A DNA stretch of 63,896 nucleotides, filler included. It is 8 parts of 8 records of this genome, joined end to end, with 100 filler letters (N's around TTAATTAATTAA, not from the genome) between each part and the next. Parts side by side here need not be neighbours in the genome. Positions count along the whole stretch, not along the records: positions 1 to 8,187 come from SRR20825010_829; positions 8,288 to 15,777 come from SRR20825010_832; 6 more parts are not named here. One strand, 5' to 3'. Both the position numbers and the translations under genes were made by a program. Shown here in pieces: positions 1 to 9,725 of the stretch (position 1 is the stretch's first letter; each line of letters begins with the position of its first letter). Under the pieces are notes generated by a model. It was not told where the DNA came from, ran no database searches, and saw only the letters and a program-made list of their open reading frames with translations.

Positions 1-603
1 CTACTGATCCCCCTACATGGTGCAGCGCAATTAATGTCCAACACCAATCGGGTGCTGGTACAGCGCAGGCATATTAACTGGGCTTACATCAAACCGTTTT
101 TGCTTGGCGCGCTTGCTGGTGGTGCCTTGATTACGCCGTTGGCACTGCACATCCCCGTGCCGGTGGGGCAGCTATTGCTGGGCCTGTTTATCCTGCTGGC
201 CACCTGGAAAGCAGCATGGCTGAAACTGAGCCACTGGCACCCGGCCGCATCAGGTGGCGTTACCACTGGCTTAAGCCTGGTGTTGGGTGCCACAGGCCCT
301 TTGGTCATGTCAGTGATGCCCAAAACCAAATGGGAACGCCACATGGTGGTGGGCACCCACGGAATGGCCATGACCATTCAACACGGCATCAAGGTGATCG
401 CATTTGCCAGTCTGGATGTCAACCTGATTGCCTACTGGCCCCTGCTACTGGGTATCGGAATTGCCACAGTGGGGGGCAACCTGCTTGGCGCAAAATTGCT
501 GGCTCGCGTGCCAGAACACCTGTTCAAAACCCTGCTCGACTGGCTGCTGACCGTACTTGGCATTAGGCTTTGCTGGCAAGGACTGTCGGCGCTGTTTTTC
601 TGA
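1..603 (+). CDS. Sulfite exporter TauE/SafE family membrane protein (5'-truncated)
   Basis: Frame is open from base 1 (LLIPLHGAAQLMSN...); multiple TM segments with the GATGP motif typical of TauE/SafE. Confidence 0.75.
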   Translation, partial: LLIPLHGAAQLMSNTNRVLVQRRHINWAYIKPFLLGALAGGALITPLALHIPVPVGQLLLGLFILLATWKAAWLKLSHWHPAASGGVTTGLSLVLGATGPLVMSVMPKTKWERHMVVGTHGMAMTIQHGIKVIAFASLDVNLIAYWPLLLGIGIATVGGNLLGAKLLARVPEHLFKTLLDWLLTVLGIRLCWQGLSALFF

Positions 604-706
604 TTTACTAACCATTTCGGGTTCACTTTGAACAGGGATGCCAAACCCCACCATGCACTGCACACTTGATCTCATATCACCAAGTCCAGCAGCTCAGGGG
701 AAATAA

Positions 707-2662
707 ATGCCGCTCAAATCAATTCTTGATTCACTCACGCTACCCAAAAAATGTGCACTGATTGCGTTGCCATTGCTGCTAGCGTTTGGCTTTCTGTTTC
801 AACAAATGTACACCCAAATCAACACATTGATTGGCTCTTCAGAAAACGAATTGCGCGGCGCCATCGCCTTGGAAAAAATCAATCCTGTGTTTCAAAGCAT
901 TCTTGTTGGCCGGGCCCAAAAACAAACTGAATCAATCGGCCAAGCCAGCGAAACCTTGAACAAACTAAAAGCGGACTTGCCTGAAAGCTGGTCAAACACC
1001 AAAGCCAACATCGGCAAAATAGTCGAACTGTTGCCAGTGGCATTGTCCAAACAGGCCACACCGGCCCAGTCCGAAGCACTGGGAAATCACATGGTGATCC
1101 TGGTTCGACAACTAGCCGATGAAAGCGAACTGACTCTGGACCCCTACCTGCCCAGTTATTACATGATGAGCCCAATGGCCTTTCAGTTACCCGGGGTGAT
1201 GGAATACCTGGCCGACCTGGAAGGCAAGCTGCGCTTTCAAGACAGCGATGTGGCAGGCACTTTGAGTTTTGCCCGATCCCGAATTGGCACCTTGAACAGG
1301 GCGCTGGACGAAATCCGGGAGGCCACCGAAAAATCGGCAGCCGCAGGGGGAAAAATGTCAGCCGATGTGGGCAAACAGGTAGACACCATTGGTCAACGTC
1401 TGGATTCAATTCGGACGTGGGTTCAAACTGAATCCGCCAAGGATTTGAACTACGAAACACTGAGCGGCTCGCCCGACGCAGTTCGTTTGCTCGGCGAAGC
1501 CACCAGCAGCAGCTTCCAGTTGAGCAATGAATTGAACAAAGCGCTTCAAACCGACCTTGTTGCACGCATTTCCGGCATGAAAGCCGACTTGGTTAAGTCA
1601 GGAGTAGGCTCGCTGGCTGTGTTGCTGGTGGCATTCGCCTTGGGCTTCGTGGTGTTTCGCGACACCAATGTGGAAATTGCACAAATTCTGGCCCATGCAA
1701 AAATCATTGGAATGGGCGATTTGTCCAAACCCATTCGTAGCAAAGGCAACAACGAAATCAGCAAGATACGTGATGCACTTGAACACATCCGCCAGAAGCA
1801 AACTGGTTTGGTTGGCGAAGTAAAAGACGCATCCAACCGCATGGCCGAAACCATACAGTCATTGGTCACCGCCGCATCACAGGTTAAAACCAGCGCGCAG
1901 GAACAAACTGATTCAGCCTCGGCCGTAGCAGCATCGGTGGAAGAATTGACCGTGTCGATCAGCCAGGTACACACCCATGCCAACCAGGCCTTGGGTTTGT
2001 CGAATCAGGCGGGGCAATCATCCATCCAGGGTCGGGAAAGTGTAAAGCAGGCACGCCTGGCCATGGACGAAATTGGCACCGCATCCAGTAACCTGGCAAA
2101 AAGCATCAACAACCTGGGGCTGCAATCGGACAATATTTCCAGCATTATCCAGGTGATCCATTCGATTGCCGCTCAAACCAACTTGTTGGCCTTGAATGCC
2201 GCCATTGAGGCTGCCCGTGCTGGTGAGCAAGGGCGCGGTTTTGCCGTGGTGGCCGACGAAGTGCGCAAGCTGGCGGAAAAAACCGCGGAGTCGACAAAAA
2301 GCATATCTGCCTTGATTTCAGACATTCAGGAGGAAACCCGATCCGCAGTGGAACAGGTCAATGGATGGACCGGTATGATCAATTCAGGGCAACAGTCTTC
2401 GCTTGGTGCTGACCAACAAATGGAAGCCATCAACAACCACACAGGCAATGCGGAACAGGCTGTCAATGAAATTACCGAAGCCTTGAAAGAGCAAAGCTCA
2501 GCCTCGACCCTGATTGCCCAGCAAGTGGAAAAAATAGCCCGAATGACCGAAGAAACCCAAGGCGTTGCCCAAGAAGTGAATCAGGTGATTGCAGCACTGC
2601 AAGGCCTTTCAAACCAGATGGACACCGTCATGGGCAAATTCAAGATCGAGCAGCAGGCCTGA
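707..2662 (+). CDS. Methyl-accepting chemotaxis protein
   Basis: Two TM helices, HAMP-like segment, signalling hairpin [38 protein letters not shown]. Confidence 0.95.
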   Translation: MPLKSILDSLTLPKKCALIALPLLLAFGFLFQQMYTQINTLIGSSENELRGAIALEKINPVFQSILVGRAQKQTESIGQASETLNKLKADLPESWSNTKANIGKIVELLPVALSKQATPAQSEALGNHMVILVRQLADESELTLDPYLPSYYMMSPMAFQLPGVMEYLADLEGKLRFQDSDVAGTLSFARSRIGTLNRALDEIREATEKSAAAGGKMSADVGKQVDTIGQRLDSIRTWVQTESAKDLNYETLSGSPDAVRLLGEATSSSFQLSNELNKALQTDLVARISGMKADLVKSGVGSLAVLLVAFALGFVVFRDTNVEIAQILAHAKIIGMGDLSKPIRSKGNNEISKIRDALEHIRQKQTGLVGEVKDASNRMAETIQSLVTAASQVKTSAQEQTDSASAVAASVEELTVSISQVHTHANQALGLSNQAGQSSIQGRESVKQARLAMDEIGTASSNLAKSINNLGLQSDNISSIIQVIHSIAAQTNLLALNAAIEAARAGEQGRGFAVVADEVRKLAEKTAESTKSISALISDIQEETRSAVEQVNGWTGMINSGQQSSLGADQQMEAINNHTGNAEQAVNEITEALKEQSSASTLIAQQVEKIARMTEETQGVAQEVNQVIAALQGLSNQMDTVMGKFKIEQQA

Positions 2663-3028
2663 TCAATCGATACGCTCGATCCTGACCTTCTCCTGAAGCA
2701 GGATCGAGCTTAAGAACGTGGCAAACGGCGAATACAGCAGCGCTGCAAGCACAGCCCACCAGAAGCCGCTGACCTGAAAGCCATCCAGAATGGAGCCCAC
2801 CCAGTAAAACATCAAACCGTTCAGGATGAAATAGAACAAGCCCAGTGTCAGTACGGTCAGTGGCAGGGTCAAAATCAGCAAAATCGGTTTGACCACCGTG
2901 TTCACCAAACCCAAAATAAGAGCGGCCCACAGCGCAGCCCAGAAGCCCTCAACCACAACACCCGGCAACAAATAAGCAACCGCCATCAAGGCCACTGCAT
3001 GTAGAACCCAGCTTAACAAGAGTTTCAA
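2663..3028 (-). CDS. Phage holin family (YvlD-like) 4-TM membrane protein
   Basis: LKLLLSWVLHAVAL...ALILGLVNTVVKPILLILTLPLTVLTLGLF pattern; TTG start at 3028 with GAGGA RBS upstream, preferred over the ORF-track start at 3106. Confidence 0.8.
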   Translation of the reverse strand: MKLLLSWVLHAVALMAVAYLLPGVVVEGFWAALWAALILGLVNTVVKPILLILTLPLTVLTLGLFYFILNGLMFYWVGSILDGFQVSGFWWAVLAALLYSPFATFLSSILLQEKVRIERID

Positions 3029-3146
3029 ATTCAATTCCTCCAAGTTGCAAAACCGGTGATGTACAATCTTTTTTCGACTGCATGTCAACCGTTGCCAAAC
3101 TAACATATTTCACCAAATCACATGAACAAACCACGGGAATTCCAGA

Positions 3147-3965
3147 ATGGATGTTAGTTCACGCCTTGTGTCACGCAGCTGCCCTTTTTGTCAGGCCGAC
3201 GCAGAACATGCCAAAACACTGGGTTACGGCAACACCGAATGGCCGATGATTGAATGCAACAGTTGCCAGTTTGTCTACTTGAAACGGGCCCCGGTGTATG
3301 AAAGGCTGAGCGAAGAATTTGCTTGGGAAAAAACATCGGAAACCGAACGCCAGGTGCGTGAAGAACGCGAACCGGTAAAACAGGGCTTAAGCCGCGCGTT
3401 CAAACATTTCCGCCAAAAGGTACTGAAGCGCAACAAACTGCCCGAACTGATCGAGAAATACATTTCAGGCGGGCGCGTTCTTGACATTGGTTGTGCAGCA
3501 GGAGGCCTGCTGGCTACCCTGCCTGCCAAGTACCAACCTTACGGCATTGAAGTGTCAAAGGCACTGGCGCAGGCCGCCAGCGAGGTGGTTGAACCAAGGG
3601 GAGGCAGCATCATGCACGACAACGCGTTCAACGGCATACAAAAACTGCCCGAGAACCACTTTGCAGGCGTGTTGATGAGCGCATTTCTGGAACATGAAGT
3701 GGAACCGGACGGCTTGCTGAAAGGCGTGGCCAGGGTACTACAGCCGGGCGGTGTGGTCATTATCAAAGTGCCCAACTATGGCTCGTGGAACCGAAAAATC
3801 CGCGCTGAAAAATGGTGTGGTTTTCGCCTTCCCGATCATGTGAACTACTTCACACCAAGCAACCTGGAAGCATTGGTTACCCGCCAGGGCATGAAAGTGA
3901 TCCAGTTTGGTTTGGCCGACCGCCAACCCACCAGCGACAACATGTGGATAGTGGCGGCAAAATAA
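3147..3965 (+). CDS. Class I SAM-dependent methyltransferase with N-terminal CxxC...CxxC
   Basis: VLDIGCAAG motif I, FLEH, LQPGGVVIIKVPN; CPFC and CNSC near the N-terminus. Confidence 0.85.
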   Translation: MDVSSRLVSRSCPFCQADAEHAKTLGYGNTEWPMIECNSCQFVYLKRAPVYERLSEEFAWEKTSETERQVREEREPVKQGLSRAFKHFRQKVLKRNKLPELIEKYISGGRVLDIGCAAGGLLATLPAKYQPYGIEVSKALAQAASEVVEPRGGSIMHDNAFNGIQKLPENHFAGVLMSAFLEHEVEPDGLLKGVARVLQPGGVVIIKVPNYGSWNRKIRAEKWCGFRLPDHVNYFTPSNLEALVTRQGMKVIQFGLADRQPTSDNMWIVAAK

Positions 3966-3973
3966 GCCAAACA

Positions 3974-6250
3974 TCAGCCCCGCACGGGCTTGGCCAGTTT
4001 ATTCAACAACAGCATCAATTCATCAGGCTGAAGGGGTTTGTGGAGCACCGCACTCATGCCAGCCTGCAACGCACGTTTCTCATCTTCAGGGCTTACCTCG
4101 CCGGTTAAACCAATAACTGGCAGGTCTGCATTGAATGGGTGCTTGCGCAATTCGCGCGTTGCCTCCAGACCGTCCATCAACGGCATTTGAACGTCCATCA
4201 CCACCGCGTCAAAGCCATGGCCAAACTGCAACAGGAAAGACAAAGCCTCCAGGCCATTGTAGGCCTTGGTGATGTTGGCTTGCTTGCGGCTCAAGATACC
4301 CTCCAGCACCTTCAGGTTCAGCTCGCTGTCATCGACGATCAACAAATTCATTTTGCTCATTTCGACACTCAAAAAATCTGTGTTGTCCATCACATGGGAA
4401 TGCGAACCCCTGAATATGCTTTGAAGCTGCGACGGTGTCAGGGGTTTCACATAGATGGCGCTAAACACATCACTGATTTCCTGGCTCAACAAACGCGGAG
4501 GATCGTCACTGCGCAACAACGCCGCGCATGGCACCCCATGCAAACCCATCGCTTTTACAAATTCCAGCCAAACCAGCCGGTCAATCGGCCCGCGAGGAAA
4601 GTCCAGCAACACCCCAACTGACTTGCCACCACCTTGCACCCACTGCAACGCATTCTGCAAATTGGGCATTGCCTTCAGCTTGATGCCCACCAAGTCTGCC
4701 GCATTACCCATCGCCTGTGTTTGCATTGAATTTTCTGAAACGAACAGCACCATTCCTGGTGACTCATTCTGAACGGCCATTGGGGGGGCATGTCCTTTTT
4801 TGAACTCCATTTCAGCCCAGAACGTGCTGCCCTGCCCCAGTTCGCTGCTAAAACCCAAGCTGCCATTCATCATGTCTACCAGCTTTTTAACCAAGCTCAA
4901 ACCCAGACCAGAACCACCAAATTCACGTGCCACCGATGCATCGGCCTGATGGAACTGTTTAAACAGATTGGCTTGCCCTTGCGGGGAAATACCCACACCG
5001 GTGTCTTGCACTTGCACACGCAAACGACAAACACCATTTGAATTGGATAACACACCAATCGACAGATGCACATGGCCAAGCTGAGTAAACTTGATAGCAT
5101 TGCCCACCAGGTTCACCACAATCTGCCTGAAACGCAGCTCATCGCCCACCAGCTCCAAAGGCAGGTCTGCTGCCGGGTCTATGATCAGTTCGATAGGTTT
5201 GAGGGCCGCCGCCCCGGTCATGATGCCCGACACTTTGTCGATACACTCCAGCGTGGAAAACACCCTGCTCTCCAATTCCATGCTGCCAGATTCGATCTTG
5301 GAAATATCCAGAACATCACTGACCAGATCAATCAGGTTGCGCGATGTTTTCTCGAGGCTATCCAGCAGCAACTTTTGCTTACTCGACGTCGAAGATTCTT
5401 TCAGCAAATAAGTCAAACCCACAATACCGTTTAGCGGCGTGCGAATTTCATGGCTCATGTTTGAAAGGAATTCCGTCTTGGCCTGACTGGCCATTTCAAC
5501 CCGCGAATTGGCCTCGCGAAGCCGTTTGTTCTTGTTCGCAAGGTTGTGTGCCATCTGGTTCACAGCCCGTGCCACATCGCCCAGTTCATCGTGTGTGTTT
5601 ACATCACACACTGCATGTTCGTCACCATTGCGAACTGCATCGGCAGTACGCTTGAGTTTCACCAACGGGTTCAGCACACCCATGCGCATCAACACCACCA
5701 ACATGGCAATCACCACCACAAAACTGCCAAGCCCCACAAACTCCAGCAGGGTCAGCCCTTTCAAGTTGCTGGCCTGATCCCGATTAACTTGTTCGGCCCA
5801 CCGGTAGCCCGATTCAGAGATCATCAGGGTTTCCGAAATCAAACGCTCAACAATCAGACTTTCACGGCGCTCCAAAAGATCCGGATTGTCGTCAACCGGT
5901 AAGTCACTGCGATTCAATTCATTAAAAATGGGCCTGAGTTCAGCCAGGCTTTCGTGAATGTCATCCAGTTCCTGCTGACGAAGAAATGAGATGGAGGTAG
6001 ACGCCAAAGCACCTTCCAGCGCCTGATGGGTACTGAACCAGGCCTCGGCGACCGATGGTGACTTGAACAACACATATTCCTGGGTCAACACAAGAAGGCT
6101 TGAAGACAGGCGGGTAATGTTCTGGGCTTTTTCCGTGCGTTCCAGCCCATTGAACTGCTCACGGATAACAAACAAATTACCCAAGACCAAAACGATCGCA
6201 CAAATCACCGTGCTGAACGTTGCGAGATTGATCTTGGTTTCAACACGCAC
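3974..6250 (-). CDS. Hybrid sensor histidine kinase / response regulator
   Basis: TM-HAMP, H-box FLSNMSHEIRTPLNG, NLVGNAIKFT, DTGVGI, GGSGLGL, C-terminal receiver (LIVDD...VMDVQMPLMDG...KP). Confidence 0.95.
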   Translation of the reverse strand: MRVETKINLATFSTVICAIVLVLGNLFVIREQFNGLERTEKAQNITRLSSSLLVLTQEYVLFKSPSVAEAWFSTHQALEGALASTSISFLRQQELDDIHESLAELRPIFNELNRSDLPVDDNPDLLERRESLIVERLISETLMISESGYRWAEQVNRDQASNLKGLTLLEFVGLGSFVVVIAMLVVLMRMGVLNPLVKLKRTADAVRNGDEHAVCDVNTHDELGDVARAVNQMAHNLANKNKRLREANSRVEMASQAKTEFLSNMSHEIRTPLNGIVGLTYLLKESSTSSKQKLLLDSLEKTSRNLIDLVSDVLDISKIESGSMELESRVFSTLECIDKVSGIMTGAAALKPIELIIDPAADLPLELVGDELRFRQIVVNLVGNAIKFTQLGHVHLSIGVLSNSNGVCRLRVQVQDTGVGISPQGQANLFKQFHQADASVAREFGGSGLGLSLVKKLVDMMNGSLGFSSELGQGSTFWAEMEFKKGHAPPMAVQNESPGMVLFVSENSMQTQAMGNAADLVGIKLKAMPNLQNALQWVQGGGKSVGVLLDFPRGPIDRLVWLEFVKAMGLHGVPCAALLRSDDPPRLLSQEISDVFSAIYVKPLTPSQLQSIFRGSHSHVMDNTDFLSVEMSKMNLLIVDDSELNLKVLEGILSRKQANITKAYNGLEALSFLLQFGHGFDAVVMDVQMPLMDGLEATRELRKHPFNADLPVIGLTGEVSPEDEKRALQAGMSAVLHKPLQPDELMLLLNKLAKPVRG

Positions 6251-6261
6251 GGCGCGCTCCC

Positions 6262-7221
6262 TTAGTGTAGCGACACCGCGCCTGGGTCAATCGATTTCAG
6301 AATATCCGGGTACACCAGCCGTGCAAAATCAGGCTGTGGCAGTGCCCGATCTACATGGCCTTCCCGAAGGGCCCAACGTGCCTGCCCTTCCATGGTTCGC
6401 ACCAACGAACGGTTCAAGCTTAAGCGGTAACGGTAATCGTCAAAAATTCCGTTGATCAAGGAGAAGGGAATGCTCAAATGCCTGACAGCCAAAGCCTTCG
6501 CCCCATCGGGGTTGGCCTCAATGTAATTGGTACTGTCTTTCAAAGCCAGTACAATCCGCTCCAGTTGCTTGGGCCTGCTTTTGATCACCGCATGCGTGGC
6601 CATCAAATTGAATGTTTCGGTGTACAACTTGGGAATGGGAACCAGCTGCACCTGCGAACCTAATTCACGCTGAATTCTCGACACGAAAGGCTCCCAGAGG
6701 CAAAGTGCATCCACCTCCCGGTTCGCAATCGCTGCAAGTGCATGTTCAGGCTCAATTGCGCGCAAATTGACTGCTGCACGATCAATGCCGCTGTATACAA
6801 GAACCAGATCAAGAACATACTGGCTTACGCTGCCCTTGACATAACCCAGTGTTTTTCCCTTTAACTTGCCTGGTTCCGTAATCTTCGCACTACGAAGGGA
6901 TACGACCTTCACGTCGCTGGAAACACTGACAAAACTGGTCAATATTGCGAAATCATTGCGCGTGAAACCAATCAGCACAGCGGGCAGTTCCGCAGAGATT
7001 GACAGCTCGGTCTGCCCGTTTAGCATGTTGGTCAAACAACGGTGCCCAAACACACACCTTACTAGCTCAACATCCACCCCTCGCTTGACAAAGAACCCCT
7101 CTGACTTGGCCACATGCAAAGGAAGGGAAAGAATGCTGTCTGTTACACCAATGCGCAACGGTGCCGCCTGCGCAGAAGCGAAGGCGAGAAAAATTCCAAC
7201 AAAAAACGCAAGGCGAACCAT
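6262..7221 (-). CDS. ABC-type substrate-binding protein (SsuA/NMT1-like)
   Basis: Signal peptide (AQA-A), LRIG, LHVAKSEGFF, LKGKTLG, VDALCLWEPF. Confidence 0.8.
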   Translation of the reverse strand: MVRLAFFVGIFLAFASAQAAPLRIGVTDSILSLPLHVAKSEGFFVKRGVDVELVRCVFGHRCLTNMLNGQTELSISAELPAVLIGFTRNDFAILTSFVSVSSDVKVVSLRSAKITEPGKLKGKTLGYVKGSVSQYVLDLVLVYSGIDRAAVNLRAIEPEHALAAIANREVDALCLWEPFVSRIQRELGSQVQLVPIPKLYTETFNLMATHAVIKSRPKQLERIVLALKDSTNYIEANPDGAKALAVRHLSIPFSLINGIFDDYRYRLSLNRSLVRTMEGQARWALREGHVDRALPQPDFARLVYPDILKSIDPGAVSLH

Positions 7222-7369
7222 TCAAACTCTCTGCCAGTCGATGTACCCCCCAAAAGTGTAGGGGTACTATGCCACTAGAAAAGTAACAATAAGACACACA
7301 AAAAGCCACCACTTCAGCATATGCGTGCCTGATCAGTCGGAGAGTGTCGTTCGCCAGTCACAGAATGAA

Positions 7370-7885
7370 TCAGAAGGCGAACGTCGCGGTCAAATTCAAA
7401 CCTTCGGCTTCCACATTGTCACGGTCGTAAAGCATTTCGTAACCCGCACGAATGTTCACATTGCCTGCGGTGTACATCACGCCGCCACCATAGCTGACAC
7501 CGCCGTCATCGTCGTTCACGTTAAAGCCTGGACCGCTAATGTTGGCATCCAGAAAGCCGTAACCCAAGGTACCGTACAACGACAGCTGATTATTCAAGGG
7601 CAACTTGCCGAGCAGGTTGGCACCGATGTATGAATCGATTTCTGCACGGAAACCGCCGGAATTTTCTTCGTCCACACCCGTCAACAAGCGACCTTCAATG
7701 GCCAGGTTGGGGCTAAGTTCATAGCCACCCACCACACCCAGGGTATCCACATCAAGCTCAACACCATTAATACGGCTGTCGGTAATCGCCAAGCTGTTGT
7801 AAGCGGCACCCAGATATGGGCCTTCAGCAAAAGCTGGACTGGCTGCGGCGGCAGACAATACGGCAACAGAGATTAGTTTTTTCAT
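7370..7885 (-). CDS. Small outer-membrane beta-barrel (porin/OmpA-like) protein
   Basis: Signal peptide (PAFA-E), alternating beta-strand pattern, C-terminal Phe (ATFAF). Confidence 0.8.
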   Translation of the reverse strand: MKKLISVAVLSAAAASPAFAEGPYLGAAYNSLAITDSRINGVELDVDTLGVVGGYELSPNLAIEGRLLTGVDEENSGGFRAEIDSYIGANLLGKLPLNNQLSLYGTLGYGFLDANISGPGFNVNDDDGGVSYGGGVMYTAGNVNIRAGYEMLYDRDNVEAEGLNLTATFAF

Positions 7886-7976
7886 GGCTGACTTCCTATG
7901 TTTGTTTTAAATACTGCGCCCCCCTTGGGAGGGTGCACAGTATCCAATAACGCAAAGGGAAAGCCATTGGATTACA

Positions 7977-8187
7977 TCAAGCGACCAAAGCCTCTGTACG
8001 CTTGCGCTTCAAGCTTGGCAAGCTGTACTTGAACGCACGGCCTACCACTGTGGAAAACTGCTTGAACAGGGATGCCTTGTTGTAATGCTGCCCATAGCGC
8101 TTGCAAATTTCCTGCACCTCGACCGACATTTCCGCGTAACGGTGCGCTGGCACCTCGGGGAACAGGTGGTGTTCAATCTGGTGGCTC
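7977..8187 (-). CDS. Fatty acid desaturase, C-terminal fragment (absent from ORF track)
   Basis: Manual translation SHQIEHHLFPEVPAHRYAEMSVEVQEICKRYG...ALVA*; QIEHHLFP is the third His box of membrane desaturases. Confidence 0.85.
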
Positions 8188-8287
8188 NNNNNNNNNNNNN
8201 NNNNNNNNNNNNNNNNNNNNNNNNNNNNNNNTTAATTAATTAANNNNNNNNNNNNNNNNNNNNNNNNNNNNNNNNNNNNNNNNNNNN
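8188..8287. other. Artificial contig linker (44 N + TTAATTAATTAA + 44 N); identical linkers at 15778-15877, 22658-22757, 29664-29763, 44462-44561, 51780-51879, 60342-60441
   Basis: Identical 100-nt structure with stops in all six frames; gene content and composition change across each linker. Confidence 0.98.
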
Positions 8288-8715
8288 GGTGGCCAGTATG
8301 GGAACGGAAGGTATCTTTTATCCCAATTGACTGAGCGATAGGATACGGGGTATTTGAGAGATGTGGCTATTTCCTGAAGCTGATCCTGATAGTAGGATCG
8401 CTCCGATTTAAAATCAATTTCCTGAAATCCAATTACATCAGCTTCCAAATTTGACAATACATCAATGGCCTTTTCCAGATTCTTATCAAAGAGTATTTTT
8501 TCCCTTGATTCAGGTAGATTATTGGTCATTCCGGATAAATACCCTATATTATAGGTTACAATGGTTAAAGTATCTCTGGGCGACCTAAATGGATACTCAA
8601 GTTTATCTAGTTGATAATATTCCGAAATATCAAGATTGGGGCTTTTTGCGTAGAAGAAGAATCCAAAAAATGAGATAACAAGAATGAATATTACAGCAAG
8701 TGTAAATTTTTTCAT
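8288..8715 (-). CDS. Endonuclease/exonuclease/phosphatase family protein (3'-truncated)
   Basis: TIVTYNIGY and ADVIGFQEID motifs after an N-terminal TM. Confidence 0.85.
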
Positions 8716-8768
8716 TATTTGGTTGTTCGTGGTAAATTAGCTTATATTAGTTTTTTATCAATCAGTCT

Positions 8769-9083
8769 ATGGATTTTTCCTTTTTAATTTCGATCAGTGA
8801 CGGAGATGTGGAGTTTATATCCGACTTTGTGTCGACGTATGAGGCAACTACTCTGGCCCAGATAGTCAAAATGAAGCAAGCTTTGACGGATGGCGACTTT
8901 GAATCCATTGGCAGGTTAGCTCATCAAATAAAACCTACGGGCGAAATGTTAGCCTTTGATTCCCAGTCGCTTATTGTTGAAATGAATGACAACCCGAAAA
9001 CGGCTACTTCTGAGCGTATTGAAACGGTAATAGCGGAGGCTCAACAAGCACTAAAGGCAATGAAAGCCGAATTCTCACTATAA
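8769..9083 (+). CDS. Hpt (histidine phosphotransfer) domain protein
   Basis: Small helical protein with LAHQIKP motif. Confidence 0.8.
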   Translation: MDFSFLISISDGDVEFISDFVSTYEATTLAQIVKMKQALTDGDFESIGRLAHQIKPTGEMLAFDSQSLIVEMNDNPKTATSERIETVIAEAQQALKAMKAEFSL

Positions 9084-9725
9084 GTCGATCTCTTCCATTT
9101 CACCCATAATGGCTGGTTTTTTGTTCCAAATATAGAGATCAAAAACAGCTACAAAACGGGCAAATATTTCTCTTATCGCCAATTCAACCGGTATTGTTTC
9201 CTTGGCGTCTGCTGAAAAGGCTACTGCGTTCAGATCAAAATAGTTGGCTATGAATAAGGATCTGTAGCAATGAAAGTCCTGGGTAACAATGACAACATTC
9301 TTTTGACCAAAAATAGAGTCAGAGCGCACAATTGAGTCCAGCGTACGTAAACCAGCAAAATCCAGGGTGATCACTCCCTTGGGCACATTTAAGTTCACCA
9401 AGGCATTGTACATGTCCCGGGGTTCATTGTAATAGATCGTTCGGTTGTCACCACTCACAATGATGTGTTTGACTTTTCCTGCGTGAAACAGTTTAGCAGC
9501 AGCGTTGATTCTTTCGTGAAAGTATTTGTTAGCGTCCCCTTCTACGGTGCGTTTGCTGGTTCCCAATATCAGAGCCACATTCCGCGATGGGATTTCTTCG
9601 ATCGTTCGGAAGACCTGATCCTCTGTGGAAGTGACCACCCAAAAATTAAGACCAATAACTAGTACAGCCACGGCAAGCACTAACAGTGAAGTGTATCTAA
9701 GAATTTGGAGTGATAACCTCATCAT
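9078..9725 (-). CDS. sanA: SanA/ElyC/YdcF family protein
   Basis: N-terminal TM; ALILGTS, IVSGDN, YNEP, LDFAGLRTLDSIVR, VTQDFH. Confidence 0.85.
   Translation of the reverse strand: MMRLSLQILRYTSLLVLAVAVLVIGLNFWVVTSTEDQVFRTIEEIPSRNVALILGTSKRTVEGDANKYFHERINAAAKLFHAGKVKHIIVSGDNRTIYYNEPRDMYNALVNLNVPKGVITLDFAGLRTLDSIVRSDSIFGQKNVVIVTQDFHCYRSLFIANYFDLNAVAFSADAKETIPVELAIREIFARFVAVFDLYIWNKKPAIMGEMEEIDL

Noticed and set aside
2663-3028. Holin-family gene as evidence of a prophage
   Set aside because: This 4-TM family is common in chromosomes and no phage genes are adjacent.
8232-8243. TTAATTAATTAA recurring seven times
   Set aside because: Always centred in N-runs; an assembly linker, not a biological repeat. 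ORFs that run into X residues are truncations, not fusions.
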